The translations under genes were made by a program, and so were the position numbers. Shown here piece by piece: positions 9,591 through 19,704 of a stretch of DNA of 64,000 bases (the first letter of the stretch is position 1; every line of letters starts with the position of its first letter). Location: the IMG/VR virus record IMGVR_UViG_3300021400_000103. The stretch is one strand, 5' to 3'. The notes under the pieces were generated by a model that worked only from the letters and a program-made list of their open reading frames with translations, was not told the DNA's origin and searched no databases. The stretch is from a virus (taxonomy: Duplodnaviria; Caudoviricetes).

Positions 9591-9998
9591 TTAGTAATAT
9601 CTTTTCGGATCTAACTCAATCCCTAACCAATCCTTCCAGAACTTAATCACGTCATCAATGTTCTTTTTATCCTCATCGCTTAGTTCCTTCTTCTTGTTCT
9701 CCGGCTTGTTATACTCAGGATCTGTGATCTGAATCCGGTAACCAAGCTCTTTCTCAATATCATCAATAGACATCTTCTTTCTTTCCGGTTCTTTAACCAA
9801 TTTCCACGCATTAACGTGCGTAATAGCGCGGAAGAAATCAGCAATAGAATCTTCTGTATTTTCGCCAGCAGGGAAAAAAGTGTTAAGAGCATTTTTGCTG
9901 ATTACAAATCCATCCGCTTTATTATAGGTTCCAAACGTACTTTCATAAGTCCGTCCATTTTCATCAGCCAATCCAACCATTTCGTATGTAAGCATCAT
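9591..9998 (-). CDS. Hypothetical protein
   Basis: Start trimmed to the ATG after RBS GGAGG. Confidence 0.6.
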   Translation of the reverse strand: MMLTYEMVGLADENGRTYESTFGTYNKADGFVISKNALNTFFPAGENTEDSIADFFRAITHVNAWKLVKEPERKKMSIDDIEKELGYRIQITDPEYNKPENKKKELSDEDKKNIDDVIKFWKDWLGIELDPKRYY

Positions 9999-10230
9999 CG
10001 TCCTCCAATATTCCAAGATCCATAAGGTCACCAATAAATTCAATACCAACTGTAGAATCCACATTATCAACGTCAATGGAAACCTCGTTGTCGAAACCAA
10101 GATTTGTTACAAACTGAAGACTTGTGTCGTTGATCTCTATGTCTCCGATTTTTACTGCTCCGCCCTCATACCGAGTAGCGAGTCTTACAAATGACTTCAC
10201 ATCCTCATCGTTTCTGAACTTAACTGTCAT
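9964..10230 (-). CDS. HPr-like protein (divergent, no His15)
   Basis: FVRLATRYEG...INDTSL; size and pattern of the HPr fold; paralog of the neighbouring gene. Confidence 0.5.
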   Translation of the reverse strand: MTVKFRNDEDVKSFVRLATRYEGGAVKIGDIEINDTSLQFVTNLGFDNEVSIDVDNVDSTVGIEFIGDLMDLGILEDDDAYIRNGWIG

Positions 10231-10232
10231 AC

Positions 10233-10475
10233 TTATTCTCCTTTCGTTTTAATTCCCATCTGCTTGATGGCATTTTTAAATTCTCTGGCAGCCGTCGGAT
10301 CTGTAGCCACAACATGGAGATCTAACCACTTGTTAACCCCCATTGTTACAATTCCAACTACCGATTCACCATCAATGGCTATACTGCCATTACTTAAAAT
10401 AACATCTCCATCGTACTGCTCTGCCAACTGAGCAAATGTCTCGATTTCGACTAAATCTTTAAACTTGATTTGCAC
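10233..10475 (-). CDS. HPr-like protein (Ser46 motif kept, no His15)
   Basis: FAQLAEQYDGDVILSNGSIAIDGESVVGI resembles HPr ...VDAKSIMG; GTG start after GGAGGT. Confidence 0.65.
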   Translation of the reverse strand: MQIKFKDLVEIETFAQLAEQYDGDVILSNGSIAIDGESVVGIVTMGVNKWLDLHVVATDPTAAREFKNAIKQMGIKTKGE

Positions 10476-11040
10476 GTTCCACCTCCGATTTAATAACTCC
10501 ATATAACTCACTCCATGTCTCACACCGGAGACCAGTCCAATCTTTATTCCAAGGATAAACTTCGCCGTAGCATATCTTTATAGGAGCATTGCTTGTTTCT
10601 AAATTTTTTGTTACGTCATCAATGAAAACAGCGTCTTGAAGCTGGATATGTGACTTGTCTTCATGATGGTCTCTGTCTACGCCAATTAACCTTGCAAATG
10701 GGAAGCATTCCTGCTTCCACAATTCCTTAAGTTTTAAATTTGGAATCCGACCGGATGATACAAACACAATCTCAAACTCATCTGCCAGTTTATTGATAAT
10801 CCATGATGCACATTTCATTAGCTTGACAGACTCAAAAAATCGTGGCTGGCAGAAATACTGATCGATATATGTTCGACTAGCACAACTTAGTTCATCAAAA
10901 TCCCACGTCTGTATCTCTTCTGGATCTACTGGTTTGAAACCTGGATAGTATTGGAAATCATAGTTATATAAATTACATATCTGTGTAATCGAATCGAATA
11001 CAACCCCATCAAGGTCTATTGCTATCCTTTTTATCATCAT
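10459..11040 (-). CDS. 5'(3')-deoxyribonucleotidase (HAD/NT5C family)
   Basis: IAIDLDGVV and VFIDD motifs. Confidence 0.85.
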   Translation of the reverse strand: MMIKRIAIDLDGVVFDSITQICNLYNYDFQYYPGFKPVDPEEIQTWDFDELSCASRTYIDQYFCQPRFFESVKLMKCASWIINKLADEFEIVFVSSGRIPNLKLKELWKQECFPFARLIGVDRDHHEDKSHIQLQDAVFIDDVTKNLETSNAPIKICYGEVYPWNKDWTGLRCETWSELYGVIKSEVERANQV

Positions 11041-11563
11041 TCAGTGCCCACCTTGTTAACATATAAATTTCATTTTCAAGAGCATCCCAAGATGTATTCA
11101 CTACTAGGTAATCAAATGTATAGTCATTCATAGATGTTTCTGATGGATGATTCCGCTGTTCAGGCGTAAGATGATTTACATAATCCGGTCGTACTACCCT
11201 CACAGCTCTCCCATGAAATCGCTCTTTCATGATCTCTGCTTCATTCGGGAATCTGCAATCAGGAATCAACACAAAGTCCCATTCATCCTTAAACATGTCT
11301 ATGATTTTAACCATCATGTCCACCCAGTAGTTTGGATCTTTTGCTCTAACTACATCGGTGCCAAGATGCTGCAGGAGTGCTCTCCCCTTTTCATCTTTTT
11401 TACCATCCCATCCGAAATACTGTTTGCAGATATACTTCAGCATATCTGCATAGTGTGTAATAACTACACGCTGTCCACGTTTCTCAAGACTGTCTTTTAA
11501 TTTCTTTGCTACAGTGTCCTTACCAGACTCTGCATACCCACTAATAGTGATAACTTTTGCCAT
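11009..11563 (-). CDS. Deoxynucleoside-monophosphate kinase-like protein
   Basis: GYAESGKDT P-loop; RALLQHLGTD, DCRFPNE and HPSET motifs. Confidence 0.8.
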   Translation of the reverse strand: MAKVITISGYAESGKDTVAKKLKDSLEKRGQRVVITHYADMLKYICKQYFGWDGKKDEKGRALLQHLGTDVVRAKDPNYWVDMMVKIIDMFKDEWDFVLIPDCRFPNEAEIMKERFHGRAVRVVRPDYVNHLTPEQRNHPSETSMNDYTFDYLVVNTSWDALENEIYMLTRWALNDDKKDSNRP

Positions 11564-11589
11564 TGTGTAAATTTTCTCCTTCTGTCTAC

Positions 11590-12351
11590 CTACCATGTTG
11601 TATAAACGTCTATAGTTCCATGCGAACATCCAGTGTCATACACCTTACCAGGGCCAACAGACGTTTCAACCACCTCATAGAATGAATGATCAGATGATGC
11701 GACACAGACATAACCATCGGCATCACGGATTGTTCCATCGTCGGCTACGTGTTTGCCGGGTATGCTTACCGCTGTAGTAGCACCGGCAGCCTCGTTTGTT
11801 GAATACCATGTCTCCCGATGGCCATTGTAATGAATAGATCCGTTACTTTTAGTTAAATGATTGTCTGTAACGTTATACGCCGATGAATATTGCAGACCAT
11901 CATCCGTATCTGTTTCTGGTTCCTCTGTGGTACTTTCTTCGGTTGTCGGTTCTTCAACCTTTTCCTCCACAACGATTTCTTCAATTACCACAACCTCTTT
12001 CTTTGGTTTTAGTGCGTATTCATTGGTCTCCGATAATACTACCGGAGTTGCTTCGCCATTTTTGTATTCCTGAATCTCATCACGCAGATCCTCGATTTCA
12101 ACCATTAATGTAAGATTCTCTACAAACAATTCGTCAGCTTCGTCCTGTAACTGGTTAGTTTCTCGCACCTTTAGGCATGATAAATTAAACACCTGCTCAT
12201 TTAACTCCGCAATCTGCTCATCCTTCTTTTGTAGCTCCTGTTGATAGTGCTTATTTGCAACCAAGTGGAGAATTAAAGAAGTTACCACCGCCGTTAGGCA
12301 CAAAAAACTAACAATAATACCAATAATACTTCCAATATGCTGTTTACTCAT
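11590..12351 (-). CDS. Membrane-anchored coiled-coil protein with C-terminal 3D-like domain
   Basis: N-terminal TM helix; acidic linker; ...VYDTGCSHGTIDVY. Confidence 0.55.
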   Translation of the reverse strand: MSKQHIGSIIGIIVSFLCLTAVVTSLILHLVANKHYQQELQKKDEQIAELNEQVFNLSCLKVRETNQLQDEADELFVENLTLMVEIEDLRDEIQEYKNGEATPVVLSETNEYALKPKKEVVVIEEIVVEEKVEEPTTEESTTEEPETDTDDGLQYSSAYNVTDNHLTKSNGSIHYNGHRETWYSTNEAAGATTAVSIPGKHVADDGTIRDADGYVCVASSDHSFYEVVETSVGPGKVYDTGCSHGTIDVYTTW

Positions 12352-12384
12352 ATTCCTTCCTTCCTTCAACCAATGCTCAATGAT

Positions 12385-12428
12385 ATTATAACATGAAATG
12401 TTATATAATGCAATGGTTAGTTTATGGC
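12385..12428 (-). promoter_or_regulatory. Promoter with conserved upstream box GCCATAAACTAA
   Basis: TTGCAT-17-TATAAT with extended TG; box 3 nt upstream of the -35, shared with the promoters at 30605-30649 and 55494-55537. Confidence 0.75.
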
Positions 12429-15400
12429 TTTTACGTAGTCATTTATCCACCATTCAAATACGCCGGGTACAGGAACCCAATCTTCTTCTCCCTCTCCGCC
12501 CTTTCTGACTTTCTGTTGCTTTTTCCACTTTTTGATCATAAGAATATCGCCGTCTTCAAATGGTGTGTCACGGAAGGATTTTAGCACTGTTCTATCATTC
12601 GGCTTACGACTCTTGTGTACCTTCAGCTGACAGGTTGTACCATCTTTGATTCGGTATGCCGTGAATACTGGCGAATACGTAGCGTTCAGTCTAGTAACTA
12701 ATATAAGGTTGGCATTAGCATTTGGATCTATATATTCTATGTAGCCAAGATATTCCTGCTGATTCTTTACAATAGATTGTGTAGAACATGGCAATCCATT
12801 GTATTTTAGTTCGCGTAACAAATTGTAGGAGTCTAGTTCTTTATATTCAGCCTCAGATACTTTAGTCGCAAATCGTTGTTTAATGTCTTCAGGTATTTCA
12901 GCCAGCTTAAACAGTTTTTCATAGTTATAACCATTAAATTCTCCGGTTTTTTTATACTTCTTACACTGTTCTACTATCTCCGCAAACTTCTGCTGGCGAG
13001 TTGGTTCTTGTATTGCCGCAGTAATAGCATCTATATTGACCTCTTTCACTGCAGCCGGTTTATATTCTGCACAATACTTCTCAACAAATGGGTAATCCAG
13101 CCCTAATTTTGAAGCTTTAACGGATGTTTTAAATCCTTTCGCCTTATCAAATAATTCATTAAATCGATCACGCTTGTATAGGAGTTCGTTGATTTCTCCG
13201 AAGTCAGAAAAGTAGTTCAGTTTGATAAGGATGTCAAGTTGGCGAGAGTTACATGTGGTCTTCATAGCAATGTCTTTAAGTAAGTCTATGAAATTGGTAT
13301 ATGCACGTTCTTGTGAAAGTGTATATAATTGTTCAGATACTTCGTCATTCAGAAACTTAATAGAACCAATACCCTTTATGATTAGATGTTTTTCCTTGTT
13401 GTATGAATACTTGGCTCTTGACATTCCAAACTTAATATTACTCAGTTGGATATTAAAATAATCAAGTTCTTTCTTCAGTTTTGCCGTACGCTCTGCATCA
13501 TCAGAATAATTATTAAGGCATACTGTCATATATTCATACGGATAATTAACCTTGAGATATGCTCCATAGCACATATCAAGCGACGTTGCAGCAGCATGAG
13601 GACTTGCAAATCCATACGCCATACAACCTTGAATCATCTTCCATGTCTCATCAAACATATCTTCAGATCCCGTCTGAATCTTCCAATTATCTCTCAATCT
13701 CGTTTCAAGTTTTGCAAAGTCATCCGGTTTAATCTTCTTCTTTGAAATTTTTTTGATCAATCCTATTGATTCAGCAGGGGTAACACCAAGCCACTCAAAG
13801 TATTGCATAAGATTTTCCTGGAATAGTATATAGTGTTGTGTCTGTTTAAGGACTTTGTCTAGATCGTCAGATCCAGTGGAATAATTCTCATGATTTAAAA
13901 ACTTCTGCCTCCAAGCATCAAACGATGGTCTTATCGCCGCTGCTATCAACGCACCATCCTCGAATGACCTAATCCCATATTGTTTAGCCTGTTGCATCCC
14001 ATTATCGGAATCAACCTGGTTAAGGGTACATGTGATTCCATTTTTAAATAAATCCCACACTCTTTGATCGTCCTTGATAGCGTCAAGTAAATCATGCGCA
14101 TCCATAATCGGAATGCCTATTTCTTCAAATGTTTCATGAATTAATTTCCACACGCTAACAATCAGATAGTCATTCTTCAATACCTTAAACAGATCGGCTT
14201 CTCCGGATGTAATCATAACACAGTAAAAATCACCAAACTTTGCAACTCCATACTCATACATAAGGTCTTTATCGCTTAAAACATGGGCGCATGGATGCAC
14301 TGATCCACTGACGATTGTTCCTACATAATGTTCCGCCTCTTCTATTAACGGTTTCCACTTTTTATCTTCTCTGTATTGGTCGAGATTTTTAGCAACATCA
14401 TTGAATTCGTCAAATTGTAATCCGTGGCTTCTACATACGTTTCTAAATGCCTCTCCTTCTTGCATGGTACCATAGGCCACCATAGGAAAACAGCCATTAT
14501 CTCCGAGCAATTCTTTTGATGCTTTGACAAATGGCTCTTGAGCCTCAACATTGAAATCAATATCTGGCAAGGCTCTATTTTCAATCAACCTCGCTGTACT
14601 TGCAAATCTGTCAGGGAATATCGGTAGATTGATCTTAAATCTATCGAGCTGAGTCATGCCAAGAAGTTTGTTCGTGTAGAAAGAAGCGCAACTTCCACGC
14701 CCGCCTCTTGTTAATATACCGCCATATTTATTTACCGCCAAGTCAACGTTTCGAGTATTAAATAAGAAATAGTCACAAGTATGTATTTGTTCGTTGGTGT
14801 CCTTAATTATTTGGAGTTCATAGTTAATCCCGTCGATATACTTAGGTAAATCCTCATCGGATATATGTTCTTTAACTTTAGTTTCCTCAAACTTCTTCCA
14901 CACTAAGTCTTCGAGCATCTTCATCCTATCATCGAGAGGAATATCCGGATAAATATTTGGCATTTTAATTTCATAGTCAAGCTGAATTTCTTCTATATTA
15001 TCAAATATTAAAGTATTATTGATAGCATCTTCAATCTGCTGCTCACTGAGAACTCCTTGCTTTTCAAATCTTTCAAAGAAAGTATTGTAATCAGGAAAGT
15101 CTAATATAAATTCATCTTCTGCTACAAAGTATGCGTCCGGCTTACCCTCTAATTGTCTCTTGCCAACCATTAAATCATGACGCTCCTTGGCTTGCCAAGG
15201 GTAAATATAATGAGAGTCGTTAGCAGCTATAAGCTTAAGTCCAGTTGATTCTGATAACGCTATCGCTTTTTTGTTAATATCTCGCTGAATATCAAAGGCG
15301 TGGTTCTGAACCTCTAAAAACACGCTATCCCAAAAATGGTTGATAATCGGCATGAGTATTTTCTCAATACCATCCTCGTCTCTGAGAAGTCCCGCACAAC

Positions 15401-15821
15401 ATGCACTTGTAATATAGAGATCATCCTTGTCAAAATCCATCAAGTATTCCAAGCTCCAACGGGGTTTGTAATAAAAGCCATTCATATGCGCAAGACTATT
15501 ATAGTAGTTACATTTCTTACGTGCTTTATCAGTACGCGGAATAATCATTATGTGATAGTTGGATTTATCCTTGAGTTCTGGGTTATTATCAACTACAATA
15601 TAACCTTCGAGTCCAGGAAGGCAACGAAGGTTGTTATTTTTACATAAATCAAACGCCTCAAAAATATCCCCAAAGACACCGTGTTCAGTGGTGAAGTAGT
15701 TGGTGTGACCAAGTTCCAGACACCTATCTATATACTCTTTTTGTTTAACATTACTATCCCCTACGCCACCAAACAGAGAAGAAATATGACTATGTTTATG
15801 ATAATTATTATACCTGTTCAT
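12417..15821 (-). CDS. dnaE: DNA polymerase III alpha subunit (C-family)
   Basis: PHP motifs HKHS, TEHG, NDSHY; GRGS; LPDIDF; SVHPCA; YGFASPHAAA. Confidence 0.95.
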   Translation of the reverse strand: MNRYNNYHKHSHISSLFGGVGDSNVKQKEYIDRCLELGHTNYFTTEHGVFGDIFEAFDLCKNNNLRCLPGLEGYIVVDNNPELKDKSNYHIMIIPRTDKARKKCNYYNSLAHMNGFYYKPRWSLEYLMDFDKDDLYITSACCAGLLRDEDGIEKILMPIINHFWDSVFLEVQNHAFDIQRDINKKAIALSESTGLKLIAANDSHYIYPWQAKERHDLMVGKRQLEGKPDAYFVAEDEFILDFPDYNTFFERFEKQGVLSEQQIEDAINNTLIFDNIEEIQLDYEIKMPNIYPDIPLDDRMKMLEDLVWKKFEETKVKEHISDEDLPKYIDGINYELQIIKDTNEQIHTCDYFLFNTRNVDLAVNKYGGILTRGGRGSCASFYTNKLLGMTQLDRFKINLPIFPDRFASTARLIENRALPDIDFNVEAQEPFVKASKELLGDNGCFPMVAYGTMQEGEAFRNVCRSHGLQFDEFNDVAKNLDQYREDKKWKPLIEEAEHYVGTIVSGSVHPCAHVLSDKDLMYEYGVAKFGDFYCVMITSGEADLFKVLKNDYLIVSVWKLIHETFEEIGIPIMDAHDLLDAIKDDQRVWDLFKNGITCTLNQVDSDNGMQQAKQYGIRSFEDGALIAAAIRPSFDAWRQKFLNHENYSTGSDDLDKVLKQTQHYILFQENLMQYFEWLGVTPAESIGLIKKISKKKIKPDDFAKLETRLRDNWKIQTGSEDMFDETWKMIQGCMAYGFASPHAAATSLDMCYGAYLKVNYPYEYMTVCLNNYSDDAERTAKLKKELDYFNIQLSNIKFGMSRAKYSYNKEKHLIIKGIGSIKFLNDEVSEQLYTLSQERAYTNFIDLLKDIAMKTTCNSRQLDILIKLNYFSDFGEINELLYKRDRFNELFDKAKGFKTSVKASKLGLDYPFVEKYCAEYKPAAVKEVNIDAITAAIQEPTRQQKFAEIVEQCKKYKKTGEFNGYNYEKLFKLAEIPEDIKQRFATKVSEAEYKELDSYNLLRELKYNGLPCSTQSIVKNQQEYLGYIEYIDPNANANLILVTRLNATYSPVFTAYRIKDGTTCQLKVHKSRKPNDRTVLKSFRDTPFEDGDILMIKKWKKQQKVRKGGEGEEDWVPVPGVFEWWINDYVKAIN

Positions 15822-16557
15822 ATGCAAAATCTCCAAATATCTTGTTTTCCATATTCATTCTTGCCATTTTTGCTTCTTCAATTGTATCAAATGAGCCTAA
15901 ATAAATAGTCTTCCCATTCACCATTATTCTCGCAGTATATTTATCACCGTTTGTTTGAAGACTAACTCCCTTAACTCCTAGTTTATTATTTACATTACAT
16001 GGTCTATTTATTCCATTTGTTTGTTTATTGGCTATTCTTAAATTATCTTTTCTATTGTCTAATCTATTTTGATTTTTATGATCAATTATGTCGCCTACAT
16101 CGGGACGTAATATCAACCTATGTTGTCTTATATTTAATCCATTTTTTTGATGCGCTACCGCATATCCTTTATCATTTTCAAACCAACAATAATTCTTTAT
16201 TAATTCATAATCTTCTTTGTCAAAATAAAAACATTTATTAGTGTTAGAGGTATAACCAACCCCATATTCCTGTGATAAATCGTATTTATTATATTTTTTA
16301 TGAGCTTTAGATGTTTGTTCTTTTTGATAACACCCACAAGATTTCGTATGATCTTTATTTAATCCCGTGGCGCTAATGATAACATAATTACCACAATCAC
16401 ATCTGCATACCCAACGGGAATTTTTCGTAGTATTACTATATGTTCGATATAATACTGTCAGCCGACCATGGCGTTCACCAGATCTATCCTTATAATTTGC
16501 ACCTATTTTATTTGGTTTATATTCTGGGTATTTTTCTTTCAGTTCATCTTCTGTCAT
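15808..16557 (-). CDS. Free-standing HNH homing endonuclease with AP2-like C-terminus
   Basis: GRLTV...CRCDCG...SCGC; DHKNQNRLDNRKDNLR; YLGSFDTIEEAKMAR; AT-rich. Confidence 0.88.
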   Translation of the reverse strand: MTEDELKEKYPEYKPNKIGANYKDRSGERHGRLTVLYRTYSNTTKNSRWVCRCDCGNYVIISATGLNKDHTKSCGCYQKEQTSKAHKKYNKYDLSQEYGVGYTSNTNKCFYFDKEDYELIKNYCWFENDKGYAVAHQKNGLNIRQHRLILRPDVGDIIDHKNQNRLDNRKDNLRIANKQTNGINRPCNVNNKLGVKGVSLQTNGDKYTARIMVNGKTIYLGSFDTIEEAKMARMNMENKIFGDFAYEQV

Positions 16558-16571
16558 ATAACTGTCTCCTA

Positions 16572-16865
16572 TCACTCTCCCAACTTTTTCACTACTTCTT
16601 CCGTTATCTCCGGCAACTCCATCCATGCGAGCGGTTTTATCTCATAATGTCCTAAGTCACTATCGTAGTCGTACCATCCACTTTGATGTTTTCCTTTATA
16701 ACGATAAAAATCGTATTTATCTGTTCGATACAAATCTGTAGAAAAATAGCACACAGTGAACCACAAATTTTCTTTCTTAATTTTCCCATTAAAGCTCTTT
16801 AAGCACAGGTAACATCCAGCCTTTTTCGGTAGATCACCGTCTTTGCAAAAATGAAATACACTCAT
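16572..16865 (-). CDS. DUF551-like hypothetical protein
   Basis: LPKK...YLC...AWMELPE pattern. Confidence 0.5.
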   Translation of the reverse strand: MSVFHFCKDGDLPKKAGCYLCLKSFNGKIKKENLWFTVCYFSTDLYRTDKYDFYRYKGKHQSGWYDYDSDLGHYEIKPLAWMELPEITEEVVKKLGE

Positions 16866-16878
16866 GACCAACACTCCT

Positions 16879-17490
16879 CTAACTAAACTCACCACTAACC
16901 CAGTCTACCGGATAGTCCGGATCCCTAGAATAATCCATTTCGTCAATACCATAGTAAGGATTTACAACTTCGAGTCTCTTTGCTGCTTCTCTGCGTGTCT
17001 TATCATATTCATCGTGAATAAACGGAATCCAAATGTCGGCTTCGTCTGGCTCACAGCTAATCGTGTGTAGAGTCTTTTTGGGAATGTATTCATCGTTTTT
17101 ATCAGCAATGAATTTGTCAAAATTACTTATATCATATACCCATTTCAAAGGCTCAGGTGTCCTATGAGCATGATCAAGTATTTTCTTTTTATATTGTCCA
17201 ATCGTAAATTTTTCGCCGTACTCGTCTTCAATCTCTATCTCGTCTACATGTTCTTTACAAAAATCAAGCAGCCCTTGAAATGTTGTAAACGCTTTATGGC
17301 GCTGAAACAGAGGTCTCCAACCACAACTCAACTTGTTAAGATGGATTTCGTAGTAAAAATCCGGCACATCGTGAAGCTCATATTCCTTGCTTACATACTC
17401 AGGATATTTACCACCATAATCCATTTTTTCAGCAAAATACTCGTGTGCTATGTCTTTATTCTTTGTTGTAAGATAATAGTTAGTTCCCAT
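16879..17490 (-). CDS. Conserved phage hypothetical protein (MGTNYY family)
   Basis: MGTNYY...HLNKLSCGWRPLFQ...DEYG. Confidence 0.6.
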   Translation of the reverse strand: MGTNYYLTTKNKDIAHEYFAEKMDYGGKYPEYVSKEYELHDVPDFYYEIHLNKLSCGWRPLFQRHKAFTTFQGLLDFCKEHVDEIEIEDEYGEKFTIGQYKKKILDHAHRTPEPLKWVYDISNFDKFIADKNDEYIPKKTLHTISCEPDEADIWIPFIHDEYDKTRREAAKRLEVVNPYYGIDEMDYSRDPDYPVDWVSGEFS

Positions 17491-17492
17491 TG

Positions 17493-17747
17493 CTAATACT
17501 CCTTAGGAAAATTCGTGATATTCCCGCCACCAGGCATATCATCGTCATCGTCGTCATTCAGCAACTCACACATGAAATCATCATCAAAATCTCCTGGCTT
17601 CATTATGATCATGTCGCCACTCAATGTCCTGCAAACCTCATAACCACCAGCTCTTAAGGCATCTATCACACCCTCCAAATCACTTAGAAGGTGTGTGTAG
17701 AACTGTCCGATCTGGTGGTATCCTGTTTCTTCGTTTTCATAATACAT
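17493..17747 (-). CDS. Hypothetical protein
   Basis: Tightly packed ORF in the operon. Confidence 0.5.
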   Translation of the reverse strand: MYYENEETGYHQIGQFYTHLLSDLEGVIDALRAGGYEVCRTLSGDMIIMKPGDFDDDFMCELLNDDDDDDMPGGGNITNFPKEY

Positions 17748-18825
17748 ATTTTTCTATGCTCCAATCTTCATCTCTTACCTGGAAGGCGTCACCTATCTCA
17801 ATAATCTCAGGATGATTATGTAAGGCGACTTTAATTGCATACTTGTCAACCTCGGATGCATAATACTTAATATTTGTAAAACCCATTTTCTTCAAGCAGT
17901 ATAATCCCGTTGCGATGCCGTCATACATAGACAATACTTCTAACGGTGTGTCTCTCGGTATGTTTTTGAGTCCTTGCTCCAAAATATATATAATTACATC
18001 GGCAGTCCATCCATTACCAATACCTTTTAACCTTTGAGTATCGCTAACTCCAGGTGCTTTTGTATAATCATCTGGGAGCGTTTGTAATCTCTCCGCTTCG
18101 TTAACTGTAAGTTTCCTTATTATGTAATGGCCGTCTGGCATATTACACGGGAATCTGCCAACTTTAATATCTATATAACCATCTTTAATATTATAAATTT
18201 TCCCTTTATCAACTACTAATCCTTCCAGCTCTTGTGGTAGCGGAGTGAAATATAATCCAGTTTTAGCACCTTGCCCACCACCGTTAGCTGTGAGATTTAT
18301 AGATTTACCATAACAACTATAAACTCTATGGGCTTGAGCGGTAGAACCTATATCTCCTACCCTAACTGGCTCAAACACAATACAAGTCTGATGTTTCTTA
18401 AAATAATCTCTTGTGGTACCTGCGTGATCAGTACAAAGACAATAAGCTTTTTCTTTTTCGACTACGCTGTTCTCAAGTTGAAGAATATCTTTTAACAAGA
18501 TTCCTTTTTCTTGTGGTTGAGGACATTCCCAATTATGACAGTATATCCTTCTGCGTCTTTGAGCAGATAACAAAGCTGAATCTATATGAGTCAGCGGATA
18601 TCCCAACTCTTCTGCTATTTGATCTTTAATTGCTTGTGAAGCCGACTCATTATTCTCATATAAGAAAAAATCTGGTTTAAACTTATCTTTTGCTATCAAG
18701 TAATTTTTAAACAGTTCCCACCCCATTCCTGATGCTTCTGTTTCTCTATTCTTCTTTTGGGCTATTGACCAAAAGGTACATGGGCTGCCTCCAAGTAATA
18801 TCCTTAAAGTTTTGTTTTGATTCAA
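17737..18825 (-). CDS. DNA (cytosine-5) methyltransferase, circularly permuted
   Basis: GGSPC (motif IV) at the N-terminus, then ENN (VI), QRRRR (VIII), EAERLQ (IX) and GNGW (X); motifs I-III (LSMYDGIATG, ASEVD, GD) at the C-terminus. Confidence 0.88.
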   Translation of the reverse strand: MNQNKTLRILLGGSPCTFWSIAQKKNRETEASGMGWELFKNYLIAKDKFKPDFFLYENNESASQAIKDQIAEELGYPLTHIDSALLSAQRRRRIYCHNWECPQPQEKGILLKDILQLENSVVEKEKAYCLCTDHAGTTRDYFKKHQTCIVFEPVRVGDIGSTAQAHRVYSCYGKSINLTANGGGQGAKTGLYFTPLPQELEGLVVDKGKIYNIKDGYIDIKVGRFPCNMPDGHYIIRKLTVNEAERLQTLPDDYTKAPGVSDTQRLKGIGNGWTADVIIYILEQGLKNIPRDTPLEVLSMYDGIATGLYCLKKMGFTNIKYYASEVDKYAIKVALHNHPEIIEIGDAFQVRDEDWSIEKYVL

Positions 18826-19153
18826 TGTTATTCAGAAGGAAACCATGGTTTAATGTGCGCACAACCTCTTTCCTCCTTACTTAAGTTTTTATTTAATGTA
18901 CAATATTTTGTATTTTAATAACGAATTTTGTAGTTAATCTGCAATATTTGTTACTTTATTGACCTGATGAAAACAAAATTTCATTAGTTCATGAGATCGG
19001 CGACATCCGCCTTACTCCTCCGCTTCTTCCTTCTTCATATAATATGCTGTCGGACAATCCTTGTTCTTCTTCGGAATCGACAGTCTTCCAAGAATATAAC
19101 CGTCCTTCAGCATCTTTTCCAAATGCTCTGCAAATTCCTGCTGTGACTCATAC

Positions 19154-19396
19154 TCAACATTCGTCTGTGTTTTGATGTTCATTGTTTTCGTCCTCCTCGA
19201 TGATCATATTTACTTTATAAAATACAAGGCCAATAAGTGCCAAATATACGGTTAAAAGTAAGTTATTAACATGTGCCATCACAAAATTGAAACGAGTTAT
19301 TTCATTCGTATATATAGATAAAATCAGTCCTGCTATACTCGAAATGAGCATCAGTATTGTCAATATTAATACTATTTTTTGATGTATTGTTTTCAT
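19154..19396 (-). CDS. Small membrane protein
   Basis: Two hydrophobic segments. Confidence 0.55.
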   Translation of the reverse strand: MKTIHQKIVLILTILMLISSIAGLILSIYTNEITRFNFVMAHVNNLLLTVYLALIGLVFYKVNMIIEEDENNEHQNTDEC

Positions 19397-19704
19397 TCGA
19401 CCACCTCTTTTTTCTTTCTGGACTTCTTTAGTCGCTCCGCAGCCAATTTCTTCTGTTCGTCCGTCATCACCCTAGACTTGATTTCACCACGGAAGCTAAC
19501 CAACTTCTTAGGGCATCTATATATCTTGGAAGCCACACTACCATCAGTGAACTTCTCAATCTTAACCAGTTCCCAATCTTTAGACGACTTAACACGCTTG
19601 TCTAACTTAGTCATCACTGTGGTGTCAGACGTCCATATCTCTGCATAGATATCTTCTCGTCTATAATTAATCACAGTTTCCTGTTCTTCGAGTCCTACAT
19701 TCAT
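19393..19704 (-). CDS. Conserved phage hypothetical protein
   Basis: EEQETVINY...AEIWTSD; ATGA overlaps with neighbours. Confidence 0.6.
   Translation of the reverse strand: MNVGLEEQETVINYRREDIYAEIWTSDTTVMTKLDKRVKSSKDWELVKIEKFTDGSVASKIYRCPKKLVSFRGEIKSRVMTDEQKKLAAERLKKSRKKKEVVE

Noticed and set aside
15808-16626. Group I intron in dnaE carrying the HNH gene
   Set aside because: dnaE is complete from its PHP motif onward and no P/Q/R/S elements were found
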